Positions 1 through 12,935 of a stretch of 64,000 bases of DNA are shown here, piece by piece. The translations under genes and the position numbers were made by a program. Source of the stretch: Octopus bimaculoides (lineage: Eukaryota). The stretch spans positions 22,797,793 through 22,861,792 of the forward strand of contig NC_068982.1 in NCBI RefSeq assembly GCF_001194135.2. The letters are read 5' to 3'. Under the pieces are notes generated by a model. The model did not search any database. It was not told where the DNA came from and worked only from the letters and a program-made list of their open reading frames with translations. Positions within the stretch are counted from its first letter, which is position 1; each line of letters starts with the position of its first letter.

Positions 1-14
1 CATTGCGCCTCCAC
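1..14 (-). mobile_element. 5' tip of a family-C SINE cut by the window edge
   Basis: cattgcgcctccac is the reverse complement of gtggaggcgcaatg, the start of the C copy at 40925. Confidence 0.5.
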
Positions 15-2412
15 CCTACCAGCAGTAAAGAGGTAGTAACAAAATACATAGATATAACTTCATGTTTAAAGACGAGAGTATGAATTTCCAGAAATATTCA
101 GGAGGAATTGAACACGTTACTATACAATTAAGACAACCGATAAATTAATATCGAAGATGTTCCTCAGTTTGCAACATCACTGACTAACATAAGAGTTGTA
201 TGAAAAATAAAATCTTTGGGTTCCCAGTATCGATTTGCTGATAATGCAGTTACTACTAGGAAATAATCATAACAATAAATCAATATACACCATTGTGACT
301 CGAAATATTTCACTACCACGCAGAATTTTAAATTAATCGGAAACATTTGGTCTCCTGCCACCCAGAATTACGCTAAAACAAAAGAGGTCCCCAAATACTG
401 TGCGTAAATCACATCAGCCGCAACTACACAATGACAAAGATTAATGGTTCAGTAGTTTATGGAAATATCATCGACATTTTTGTTGTAACTGGGTGCATGA
501 TTCAACTCATAGCAGCAAAGGTGCTCTTTCGATTTAGAAAACCTCAGTTTCCAGAACACTTAAACCTTTGCTATGTTAAACCTTAAATACTAAAGGCTAA
601 CCTCGACAATTGCTGAACTACATTCTGAAGAATACTACATTGCTAAATAACAGTTTTATGTAGGGTGCTCAAGTACTGGAAGCACCCTTAATCTTTTTAT
701 GTTTATTGCTGATAAAAAAAAAACAAAAAACAAAACAAAAAAACCCACTGAGTCTCATTTGGTGCTGACATTACAACGTTCAGAATTGCTAAGCCTATAC
801 TGACTATAGACACAATACCGTATAAGCTGAAGCTCATCACAAATCTTAATATATAAAGTTTTTTTTTGCAACATGTATAGCAGTTACAATAGCTGGATAT
901 GTGGGGGTTTTTTTCGTATGTTCCACGGTTTCCAAAAGTAATGGGAATTGTTTTATTTCTTTGGTTGGTTTAACTCTCAAGATTTCGGTTTCTTCTTATT
1001 TTTGAAATTGTGTTAAGTATCCAAGTTTTAAAAAAAAAAAAAACTATTACTATGATTTTCAAGAACGCACTTGAAATGAAATACTTACATGTGCGTAGTC
1101 CCCGTGACAGTTAATACACTTGAATTAGGTATATATATATATATATNNNNNNNNNNNNNNNNNNNNNNNNNNNNNNNNNNNNNNNNNNNNNNNNNNNNNN
1201 NNNNNNNNNNNNNNNNNNNNNNNNNNNNNNNNNNNNNNNNNNNNNNNNNNNNNNNNNNNNNNNNNNNNNNNNNNNNNNNNNNNNNNNNNNNNNNNNNNNN
1301 NNNNNNNNNNNNNNNNNNNNNNNNNNNNNNNNNNNNNNNNNNNNNNNNNNNNNNNNNNNNNNNNNNNNNNNNNNNNNNNNNNNNNNNNNNNNNNNNNNNN
1401 NNNNNNNNNNNNNNNNNNNNNNNNNNNNNNNNNNNNNNNNNNNNNNNNNNNNNNNNNNNNNNNNNNNNNNNNNNNNNNNNNNNNNNNNNNNNNNNNNNNN
1501 NNNNNNNNNNNNNNNNNNNNNNNNNNNNNNNNNNNNNNNNNNNNNNNNNNNNNNNNNNNNNNNNNNNNNNNNNNNNNNNNNNNNNNNNNNNNNNNNNNNN
1601 NNNNNNNNNNNNNNNNNNNNNNNNNNNNNNNNNNNNNNNNNNNNNNNNNNNNNNNNNNNNNNNNNNNNNNNNNNNNNNNNNNNNNNNNNNNNNNNNNNNN
1701 NNNNNNNNNNNNNNNNNNNNNNNNNNNNNNNNNNNNNNNNNNNNNNNNNNNNNNNNNNNNNNNNNGAACATTTCATTTCAGACGAATATATGTACGTAGC
1801 TCTTTTGATTCACTGAAGCAAGGGCTTTGAGACGGTGGAATTTCAACCTTGTTGTGTGTCTCCTCAGGCAAATTTACCCTAGACCAATAAATCTTGCTTA
1901 TATGATTGAGCAAACAAATTACTTGCTGCTGCTGGCTTGAATCTAACAATAAAGAATAAGTCGCCATGGGCAGAACAGCGAAGAGTATATTCACGGTGGA
2001 ATCTGCTGGTAAATATAAAGAATGAATATTCATGGCTTCGTTTTGATTCGTTGTTCACTTTACACATAGCAGAAATTAGTAGGTTCCAGTAAATAATTTA
2101 TTTGCTGAATTCTATAGAAAAGATCTAAAACTCTTGCGAGGTGCATTGGTTAAGTGTAGCGTTACCTAAAGACACTTGTAACAATGTAGCAACACCGGCG
2201 GCTCAAAGTCTCCATATTTCAATAAATCGAGTGTGTTAAGAATACATTTTCATTTAGAAGGAGATGCGTTTCTCCAATGACAAAATACAGCAGCGATTAG
2301 CATATTCAAGTTCGAATCTGTCGGAACTTATACAGAACGAATATGTATGTCATCGTGTGTTTATACATATATGCATGCATGCATACATACATACATACAT
2401 ACATACATATCT

Positions 2413-2797
2413 CTCATTTTCTTGTTTCAGTCCTTAGACTGCAGCCATGCTGGGACACTGCCCTGAAGAATTTTACGAGAAAGAATCAACACCTGTACTT
2501 ATTTTTTAAAGCATGGTACTTATTCTACCAGTCTTTGACCGAACCGCTAAGTTGCAGGGACGTAAACACATCAGTAGCGGTTGTCAAGTAGTGGTGACAC
2601 ACACACACACACACGCACACACACACACACACAAAAGACGAATTTCTTTCATTCCCGTCTTTCAAATTAACTCATAAGGCTTTGGTCGATCCGAGCCATA
2701 GCAGAAGATATCTGCTCAAGGTTCCACGAAGTGGAGTTGAACCTAAGACCATGTTGTTGAGAAGCAAAATTCTTTCCTCACAACCACGTCTGCTCCT
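2413..2797 (-). mobile_element. Family-A tRNA-derived SINE, diverged
   Basis: Colinear with the cleaner copies at 30264-30680 and 27650-28120 (ttgtttcagtc...gccatgctgg...ccgaaccgctaagtt...internal (CA)n...ccaaggt..cacg..gtgg). Confidence 0.8.
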
Positions 2798-3314
2798 AAA
2801 CATACACACACATAGATATACTTGCATGCTTATACACACAATGCAAACATGCATATACATGAACATATACATATATACATACATACACACATAAGACGTT
2901 AGTTAACGGTGAAGTACTTCACAACGATACAATCGGTTCTATATATTTGTATATCTCTTCAAAAGATATTTTCACCTTTTTTACTTTTGAGGAGATAGGG
3001 AAATTTATTGAAACAACTGTACGGTTGCCATGTATTACTTATTTAACAGAAGAAATGTTGATTCAAGATATACAACGTGATGGGTAAATTTTTAAGTTAT
3101 AGGCTTATTCCATATCTTCTCAAGATTTATCAGCAATGAATAAATGCATTCCCGTTTATTTCAAATGATTGAGTTTCTTCTTGTAAGTGAGAAGGAGGAT
3201 TCTAATAAAGATAGAAAGCTCCATTGTTGGAATGAAGATAACCAAATTAATATCACATCGTGAACTAAAGAAATTCTATGTATGTATGTATGTATGTATG
3301 TATGTATGTATGTA

Positions 3315-3744
3315 CGTCATTGTTCAGTTTTATTTCAAGATTTCTTGCCAATAGAGAAAAGACAGTTTCTAATCTAGATCCAAGGTTCCTTCATTGGAAT
3401 TTCAACATCAACAATAGGGTATTTTTGTTTGTATGTATGTGCAGATTTGTATGTTTTATGTATGCATTCTAATGCATATAGTTGCATATCTAGACATGCT
3501 CATATATATTTAAATGATAAACTGCAAAATTTTACAGGTTTTTACAGTTCCAGTGATGGATTGGATCTGTAGTCTTCGAATTATCTTTTTCCTTTCGGAT
3601 TTTGAGAAGCCTAATTTCTCAAGATTGGTATTTAGGTAGTGTGTTACATATCCCAGGGCCCCAATAATTATCGGTATAAACCTGAACTTGTAATCCGGAT
3701 AGAGTAACTGCAGATTTCTCAATAGTTCAGCGTAGGTGTTCTCT
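3315..3744 (-). mobile_element. 5'-truncated R4/Dong-like (RLE) non-LTR retrotransposon: ORF C-terminus plus 3' UTR
   Basis: 3743-3510 translates ENTYAELLRNLQLLYPDYKFRFIPIIIGALGYVTHYLNTNLEKLGF...RLQIQSITGTVKTCK, resembling the IPIxIGALG C-terminal RLE region of R4-clade elements. A 3' UTR follows, ending aataaaactgaacaatgac-(TACA)n. Confidence 0.75.
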
Positions 3745-3817
3745 GTATGTATGTATGTATGTATGTATGTATGTATGTATGTATGTATGTATGTATGCAC
3801 GCATGCATGCATGTATG

Positions 3818-4180
3818 TTATCAATCAGTTTCATTTCTGTATTTCTTGTCCATAGAGAAAAAGCCGGACTCTAACATAGATTCAAGGCTCCTTCATTGGA
3901 ACTTTTATCAACATCATCTAGGTATTTGTGCATATGTGTGTGTTTGTGTGTGCAGTATTTGGTGTTAGTGTATGTGCAGATTTGTATGTTTGTTTTAGGG
4001 ATGCGTTTTTATGTATATATTTTCATGTCATGGCGTATGCATATGTATTTATGCGCAGATTTGTATGTTTGTTTTATGGATGCGTTTTTATGTATATATT
4101 TTCACGTCTAGATGCATGCATATGTATTTATGTGCTAAATTTTTGGAAAGTTTTACAAATCTTTACAGTTCCATTGAGAT
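3818..4180 (-). mobile_element. Second 5'-truncated copy of the same R4/Dong-like family, with an internal ~70-bp tandem duplication
   Basis: Begins with LNGTVKICKTFQKFST* and shares 3' UTR motifs (ttccaatgaagga.cct, tctctat.g.caagaaat) with 3315-3744; flanked by (TATG)n on both sides. Confidence 0.7.
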
Positions 4181-4324
4181 GCATGTATGTATGTATGTAT
4201 GTATGTATTATGCATGTATGTGTGTATGTATGTGTGTATGTGTGAATGTATGTATATATATGTATGTATGTATGTCTGTATGTATTTATGCATGTATGTA
4301 TGTATGTATGCATGCTTGTATGTT

Positions 4325-5064
4325 TTTGTCAGGTCAGTTTTGAGCGCACTGGTAACAAGTAATCCAGTGCAACCTGCTACATAGCCGGGTTTCGCGACTA
4401 AAATGGCAGCCCCGCTAAGTTTGGTTAGTAGGGAGGGGTGATTTCAATACCATGCAGGATGAAAAACAAAGCCTGCCAAATGAGAAAAACCAAAGCATGT
4501 TCAGTTGGAGCGGATGCTTGAGTTTGTTCAAAAGCTTCATCGCCCGGTTTTTGATGGCTTGGTATAAAAACTGGCCCTTTCTAACCTTGTATGAAGAATA
4601 CCAAATGTCTTCATGCATTACATACCTAATAAGAAACTCATACACTCCCTGGCGAGGGACCTGACAGATTTGAAGGGATTGTTGTCAATCAGGGCCTGGA
4701 TCTCAAAAACAAATTCAAGAGTCCTTTTCTTATCAGAACGATCAAAAGGTGTTTTCTGAGCTGCCGTACCTTCATAATCACCATTAGACTCCTCCAACTC
4801 TTTCCGAATCCTCTACACTGTCCTCACATTGCCACCCAAACACTCTGAAATGCTCGCATTGAAGCTTCCGGAGCGAATGCCAAGCAGTGCAACATGCCGT
4901 TTCCAAACGCCTGGCAAAGTGAATTGCGTTATGATGCGGTTTTTCTCAAAGACAGTGCCGAACTGACCCTACAATATTGTATTATTGACAAAAGCAAAAA
5001 CAACGAAAGCGAATGTGCGAAATATATAATATAAAATGGTATCAATTTACCCACCACACTTGTA
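4325..5064 (-). mobile_element. Tc1/mariner-superfamily transposon relic with internal deletion
   Basis: Minus strand gives FLIRYVMHEDIWYSSYKVRKGQFLYQAIKNRAMKLLNKLKHPLQLNMLWFFS, a Tc1-like HTH/linker up to the first catalytic-motif region. A TA-bounded end TACAAGTGTGGTGGGTAAATTG lies at 5064; most of the DDE domain is missing. Confidence 0.7.
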
Positions 5065-5279
5065 ATATATACATATATATATATATATATAGATAATAAT
5101 AAATGGAGCAAAACGCATGTCGATGAAATGTATCACTCTCAAAATGTATCAATTTAAATCGGTATATCAACCTGTAAAACGGTTGGGATATCTTGTTTTT
5201 TAGTGTAATTTTGCTACCCCTGGTAACTATTAACGTATTCAAATTATCGAAAGTTTTAATAACTGAGATAATATTAATA

Positions 5280-5289
5280 TATACATAAA

Positions 5290-5327
<38 letters not shown>

Positions 5328-5537
5328 CATACATGTATATGTGCAAAATATATTGGGTCTAAACATTTAATTTAGAAAGATATATAATTATTAAGAATAA
5401 CACTGCATATACACAATATGTATATAAAATATATATATTAGTTCCGTGTATCTTATGTACTTTGTACGTTTAAACGTAATCCTGTATCAACTGTGGATGT
5501 ACTTTCACCTACCAGAAACAAGCTGAGAATTATACTC

Positions 5538-5609
<72 letters not shown>

Positions 5610-6355
5610 TGTGCGTGCGTGAAAAGAAGCAGAAATGGGCGGGCATGTGGATAAATGGATATGTAAGTGCATATCTCCATACATATGCGTATACAGCAAT
5701 ATGTATGGACAAGCATACTCATGCGTACACATATACATTGGTATGTATGACTTCAAATATTTGCATCCATGAAAAACCCAAACTCATACGCACTTCTAAA
5801 GAAGCAAACACACACGCGTATGTATTTGTACATCCACACTTTTGCATCAGTGTGTTTATGTGTGTGTGTGTGTGTGTGTGTACGTAGATATGTGTGTCTT
5901 TGGATATATATATACATACATACATACATACATACATACATGCATATATTTGTATATATATATATATATGTGTGCGTGTGTATATACTGTATATATATGT
6001 GTGTGTGTGAGTTTATACGTATACCGGCGCGTGCACATGCACATATGATCGCACATGCGAACGCAAACATGAACATAAGCACATGTATAATTATACATGC
6101 ACAAAATTTGAGAAGATGTGTGAATGAGTGCAGAATTTTATATGCTTCAGTGTGTGAATATATATCAATGACTATATGCGTCTATGCTTTATATATATAT
6201 ATATATATATGTAAGTGTGTGTGTGTGTATATATATACATACATATACATATACATTTATATATTGCATACATGTATATATATATATAACGAAATATATA
6301 TACACACATATATATATGTATATACATCTATCTATCTATCTATCTATCTATCTAT
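5280..6355. repeat. Compound microsatellite field (TA)n/(TG)n/(TACA)n/(TATC)n
   Basis: Directly visible; includes ~68 bp of (TG)n at ~5539-5606. Confidence 0.95.
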
Positions 6356-7707
6356 NNNNNNNNNNNNNNNNNNNNNNNNNNNNNNNNNNNNNNNNNNNNN
6401 NNNNNNNNNNNNNNNNNNNNNNNNNNNNNNNNNNNNNNNNNNNNNNNNNNNNNNNNNNNNNNNNNNNNNNNNNNNNNNNNNNNNNNNNNNNNNNNNNNNN
6501 NNNNNNNNNNNNNNNNNNNNNNNNNNNNNNNNNNNNNNNNNNNNNNNNNNNNNNNNNNNNNNNNNNNNNNNNNNNNNNNNNNNNNNNNNNNNNNNNNNNN
6601 NNNNNNNNNNNNNNNNNNNNNNNNNNNNNNNNNNNNNNNNNNNNNNNNNNNNNNNNNNNNNNNNNNNNNNNNNNNNNNNNNNNNNNNNNNNNNNNNNNNN
6701 NNNNNNNNNNNNNNNNNNNNNNNNNNNNNNNNNNNNNNNNNNNNNNNNNNNNNNNNNNNNNNNNNNNNNNNNNNNNNNNNNNNNNNNNNNNNNNNNNNNN
6801 NNNNNNNNNNNNNNNNNNNNNNNNNNNNNNNNNNNNNNNNNNNNNNNNNNNNNNNNNNNNNNNNNNNNNNNNNNNNNNNNNNNNNNNNNNNNNNNNNNNN
6901 NNNNNNNNNNNNNNNNNNNNNNNNNNNNNNNNNNNNNNNNNNNNNNNNNNNNNNNNNNNNNNNNNNNNNNNNNNNNNNNNNNNNNNNNNNNNNNNNNNNN
7001 NNNNNNNNNNNNNNNNNNNNNNNNNNNNNNNNNNNNNNNNNNNNNNNNNNNNNNNNNNNNNNNNNNNNNNNNNNNNNNNNNNNNNNNNNNNNNNNNNTAA
7101 ATGTATATACACATACATTCATACACACACAAACGAGTTTGCGTGCACACACAAACATGCAGTCATACACACACACAGGCATAAGGATGTATGCACTTTT
7201 AACGCCCGGCTTTCATTAACGTTATTGTTAATAGTTACATATATTTCGAAATTAAACAAGATTTTTGTTGTTGTTGTTTAAAGATACTTTTGTAACGAAT
7301 ATAAATCTATGCATCCCTCCTTTACTCCTAGAATATAATTATCCCTGCATTCTATTAAGAATTATATCCACCCGCCCCACATCACAAACCACTTTCTTCA
7401 GATAATAAGGTTAGAACCCTTCCCCTTCAATAATCCATTCCCATTACTTGTCTCACGAACCTCTGGTTTCTAAATTTTCCTTCCCGATTTTCATTGGTAT
7501 TCTTTCCTTCAACCTCGATCTTCCTGCTTTATTCTTTTGGATGGAGAATTGGATGGTTAGATTGTTATGTATGTATGTATGTATGTATGTATGCATGTAT
7601 GTATGCATGTATGTATGCATGTATATATTTATATATATATATAAGTATATATATATATGTATATATATATATAAGTATATATATGTATGTATATCTATCT
7701 ATCTATC

Positions 7708-7738
<31 letters not shown>

Positions 7739-8063
7739 CTATCTATCNNNNNNNNNNNNNNNNNNNNNNNNNNNNNNNNNNNNNNNNNNNNNNNNNNNNN
7801 NNNNNNNNNNNNNNNNNNNNNNNNNNNNNNNNNNNNNNNNNNNNNNNNNNNNNNNNNNNNNNNNNNNNNNNNNNNNNNNNNNNNNNNNNNNNNNNNNNNN
7901 NNNNNNNNNNNNNNNNNNNNNNNNNNNNNNNNNNNNNNNNNNNNNNNNNNNNNNNNNNNNNNNNNNNNNNNNNNNNNNNNNNNNNNNNNNNNNNNNNNNN
8001 NNNNNNNNNNNNNNNNNNNNNNNNNNNNNNNNNNNNNNNNNNNNNNNNNNNNNNNNNNNNNNN

Positions 8064-8146
<83 letters not shown>

Positions 8147-8436
8147 AATATATATAATATATGTATATATATATATACACACGCACGTAACCGTGCACAT
8201 TTCTGTACACAAGCATATATGCTTATACATTATATATACATACATGAATCACACCTGAATTCCCACACGCATACACACACGCATGTACTTATCTCTCTGA
8301 TATATATCTATATCCATTCATCTAACTTAGTTATACTCACACATGTATACTTATACATACTCACACGTAATATATATAAACATATGTACATATAACAACA
8401 CTAACATAAATACACACACACACACGCATATATATG

Positions 8437-8487
<51 letters not shown>

Positions 8488-8632
8488 NNNNNNNNNNNNN
8501 NNNNNNNNNNNNNNNNNNNNNNNNNNNNNNNNNNNNNNNNNNNNNNNNNNNNNNNNNNNNNNNNNNNNNNNNNNNNNNNNNNNNNNNNNNNNNNNNNNNN
8601 NNNNNNNNNNNNNNNNNNNNNNNNNNNNNNNN

Positions 8633-8668
<36 letters not shown>

Positions 8669-8807
8669 CACACACACACATATACACACACATTCACACA
8701 CATACACTTATGTATATCCTTATAAATACATGGATACACAAACCTACCAGATCTATTCAAACACACATCTATACACACATTATTACACACACACACACAC
8801 ACGACCA

Positions 8808-9035
8808 ATGGCGGCGTGGTGGCCGAAACGTTAGCACGCCGGGCGAAATGCTTAGCGGTATTTCATCTGCCGCTACGTTGTGAGTTCAAATTCCGCCTGT
8901 GAAGGACGATTTTGCCTTTCATCCTTTCGGGGGTCGATGAAATAAATACCAGTTGCGCACTGGTGTCGATATAATTGACTAATCCCCCTTCCCCCACCAA
9001 ATTTTCGAGGCCTTGTTCTTTGAGTAGAAATATTT
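8808..9035 (+). mobile_element. Family-B tRNA-derived SINE, tail type 2
   Basis: Head ggcggcgtggtggccgaaacgttagc...gagttcaaattcc (A and B boxes), central cctttcgggggtcgatgaaataaataccagtt, tail ...aaattttcgaggccttgttct. Confidence 0.85.
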
Positions 9036-9119
9036 ATTATACATAAAGCCAGTTATTGCTCATTTCATTGTAACTTAATGTATTTTCTTTTATTCTTATT
9101 ACTCCATACGTTTCAGAAA

Positions 9120-9610
9120 ATCTCGATCTTTCTCTCTCTTGCTTCCGTCTCTCTCTTTCTACTTCTTCTCTTTCTCTCTGTTTCTCTCCCCTCTCTCTCC
9201 TACGTTTTCGTTTCATTTTGACATTGAAAACAACGAGGTTCCCTCCTCTCACTCTCCCTTATTCACACCAAAACTCGAATTCATTCAGTCTCGGTCTTGT
9301 ACCATCTTTCAATCCCTGCTATCTCTTTACATGTCTCTCTAATAATCCCATCCACACACACACAAACACACAACTTCTCCATTTTCACTTCTTCCTCCCC
9401 CTTTTCTGTTTTCCTGCAAGCATCTTTTCCTCTCCCTTCCTCCTTTAATCTCACTTTCTATAGCTTTAATATAGTGATTTCTCTTTCATTTTTTTTCCTT
9501 CTTCATTTATTCATATTCCTTCTCTCTCTTCTTCCCTCCATCTTCTAACCATTTCTCTCAGTCTCACTTTCTCTATCTTTCTAACTACTTGCTCTTTTTC
9601 AGATTGAATT
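9120..9610. repeat. Long polypyrimidine (CT-rich) low-complexity tract
   Basis: Plus strand is strongly C/T biased over ~490 bp. Confidence 0.8.
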
Positions 9611-9700
9611 TTCCTAATCGTTCTTCCTCTTTTCCCTACAACATATATGCCTACTCAAGCAGCCACAAATACATACCCACACACATACACAAACAAATAC

Positions 9701-9738
<38 letters not shown>

Positions 9739-9748
9739 NNNNNNNNNN

Positions 9749-9794
<46 letters not shown>

Positions 9795-11339
9795 AAACAG
9801 ACACACACACACACACACATAAACACACACACTTACACATAAACACACACAAACCATACCATTTGGTATATACACCATACCATCTCCCCTTCTTTGTAAA
9901 TCTCTCACTCCCTTACAACTTGTTCCCGTTCCTTCCTTCACTCAATCATTCACTCACTCGCTCACTCACTCACTCACACTTATCCAGTCTCTCCAAATTC
10001 CTGTCAGTCAAGCCAACACTTCATTCCTACTTAGTCACACCCTTATGTGTGATTAACAGACGATGTCCAACTTAGGCAGTTCCATCGCATCATATGTAAT
10101 TAACGGAAGGTGTGGGAGACTGGGGATGCAGCCAAAAAGAAAAACAAAAAAAAACAACAACCTAAAAATCAAATAACAACAATATTATCATCAAAAACAG
10201 CAGCAACATATCAATAATGACAACCAAGAACCGATGCTTTCGTTACAGACACACGCACTTGTGTATCAACCAGAAAGAGCTCAGACACACAGACAAACAG
10301 ACAGATGATTGGACGGGAATATAGACAGAGATATAGATAGATAGGATGTACGTGATAATTGAAATAGATTTAAATAATTAATTTATTAGTTAATTAAANN
10401 NNNNNNNNNNNNNNNNNNNNNNNNNNNNNNNNNNNNNNNNNNNNNNNNNNNNNNNNNNNNNNNNNNNNNNNNNNNNNNNNNNNNNNNNNNNNNNNNNNNN
10501 NNNNNNNNNNNNNNNNNNNNNNNNNNNNNNNNNNNNNNNNNNNNNNNNNNNNNNNNNNNNNNNNNNNNNNNNNNNNNNNNNNNNNNNNNNNNNNNNNNNN
10601 NNNNNNNNNNNNNNNNNNNNNNNNNNNNNNNNNNNNNNNNNNNNNNNNNNNNNNNNNNNNNNNNNNNNNNNNNNNNNNNNNNNNNNNNNNNNNNNNNNNN
10701 NNNNNNNNNNNNNNNNNNNNNNNNNNNNNNNNNNNNNNNNNNNNNNNNNNNNNNNNNNNNNNNNNNNNNNNNNNNNNNNNNNNNNNNNNNNNNNNNNNNN
10801 NNNNNNNNNNNNNNNNNNNNNNNNNNNNNNNNNNNNNNNNNNNNNNNNNNNNNNNNNNNNNNNNNNNNNNNNNNNNNNNNNNNNNNNNNNNNNNNNNNNN
10901 NNNNNNNNNNNNNNNNNNNNNNNNNNNNNNNNNNNNNNNNNNNNNNNNNNNNNNNNNNNNNNNNNNNNNNNNNNNNNNNNNNNNNNNNNNNNNNNNNNNN
11001 NNNNNNNNNNNNNNNNNNNNNNNNNNNNNNNNNNNNNNNNNNNNNNNNNNNNNNNNNNNNNNNNNNNNNNNNNNNNNNNNNNNNNNNNNNNNNNNNNNNN
11101 NNNNNNNNNNNNNNNNNNNNNNNNNNNNNNNNNNNNNNNNNNNNNNNNNNNNNNNNNNNNNNNNNNNNNNNNNNNNNNNNNNNNNNNNNNNNNNNNNNNN
11201 NNNNNNNNNNNNNNNNNNNTATATATATATATATATATATGTAGTCAATTTAAAAAACGTAGAGAAAAGAGAAAAGTAAAAAGCAAACGTATGGACGTAG
11301 CACAAGTGATGTATTAAGACGCTCAGAGAAGGATAGAGA

Positions 11340-11995
11340 AGCAAAGGCGTAGGATTGGCTGTGTAGAAAGAAGCTTGTATCCCAAGCCCATGGCTCCGGG
11401 TTCAGGTCTACTGCGTGGCACCTTGGGCAAGTGTCTTCTACTATAACCGCAGGACGTCCAAAACCGGAAGAAGCCCGTCGTATGTATGTAAATACAAATG
11501 TATATATATATACATATATACACATATATACTCTTTTTACTCTTTTACTTGTTTCAGTCATTTGACTGCGGCCATGCTGGAGCACCACCTTTATATGTAT
11601 ATGTATATATATATATGCGTATGTATATATATATATGCGTATATATATAAACACCAACATCGGTTGTCAAGCGATGGTGGGGAGACAAGCACAGACACAC
11701 AAATACACATATAGATATGTGTATATAAATATGTGTATATAAATATGTGTATATATAAAAATAGATACACAGACACACATCTATGTATGTATTTGTGTGT
11801 CTATGCTTGTCCCCCCACCATCGCTTGACAACCGATGTTGGTGTGTTTACGTACCCGTAACTTAGAGGTTCGGCAAGAGAGACCGATAGAATACGTAATA
11901 GGCTTACAAAGAATAAGTCCTGGGGTCGATTTGATTCGACTAAAGGCGGTGCTCCAGCATGGCCACAGTCAAATAACTGAAACACGTCAAAGAAG
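11340..11995 (+). mobile_element. Family-A SINE with inverted family-A segments nested in its internal microsatellite
   Basis: Plus-strand head 11340-11480, minus-strand tail 11530-11590, minus-strand middle 11649-11705, plus-strand 3' half 11790-11995. Confidence 0.8.
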
Positions 11996-12261
11996 AAGAA
12001 GAAGAAGAAGAAGAATAGTAGTTTTATGTTTTGAGCGTAACCCTTCTTCGGAAACAGGTAAAACAGGGAAGTCCAAGAAAAGAAATCGCCAACCAACACG
12101 TCTGGTTACATATCTGAAGTAACCGGAAGTAGAAGGTATGAAAGGAAAGTGCTTTCTGGGATAGGAGAGCGTAAAAAGGGTCAGTCTGTGTATGTGTGCG
12201 CGCGCGTGTGTGTGGCAGCGTGTGTATGTATGATAGCGTGTGTGTGTGTGTGTGTGTGTGT

Positions 12262-12460
12262 GTAACTTTGTCTGTGTTTGTCTCCTGCAATCGCTTGACA
12301 ATCGGTGTTGGTCTCCGTAATCTAGCGGTTCAGCAAAAGACCGATAGAATTAGTACCAGATAATAAGTACCGCTGTCGATACATTTGAAGAAAAATTCTT
12401 CGAGTCGGTGCCCCAGCATGACCGCAGTCTAATAACTGCAACAAAGAAAAAGTAAAAGAT
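12262..12460 (+). mobile_element. Family-A SINE 3' half
   Basis: atcgcttgacaatcggtgttgg...ccgatagaattagtacc...ccccagcatgaccgcagtc...aaaagtaaaaga. Confidence 0.75.
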
Positions 12461-12720
12461 GTATACATATATATCTATCTATCCACAGATATACATGCAG
12501 AGACTTATCCAGACAAACATGTATTCGCATACGTAGATACATACACACACACACCTGTACATATACACAGACTCATATATATATGTGTATGTGTGTGTGT
12601 ATGTGTGCGTGTGCGTGAGTGCATGTACTCGCACACATAAATACATGGATACACAGACACACACACACACATATGAATACACACATATATACATATATGT
12701 ATATTTCACCAGATATCCAA

Positions 12721-12935
12721 GGGCGGTGAGCTGGCAGAATCGTAAACGCACCGGTCGAAATCGTTAATGGTATTTCTTCTAACGTTATGTTCAAATTCTT
12801 CTGAGATCGGCTTTCACTTTTATCCTCTCGGGGTCGATTAAATAAGTACCAGTTACGCACTAGGGTCGATGTACTCCGCTTAATCTTTTTGTTTGTCCCC
12901 TCCATGTTTAGCCTCCTGTGGGCAGTGAAGAAATA
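12721..12935 (+). mobile_element. Family-B SINE, tail type 1
   Basis: gggcggtgagctggcagaatcgt... head, ggggtcgattaaataagtaccagttacgcact core, tail tttgtcccctccatgtttagcctcctgtgggcagtgaagaaata. Confidence 0.8.

Noticed and set aside
661-690. 8-bp hairpin agggtgct/agcaccct
   Set aside because: Single short stem, expected by chance; no element ends found.
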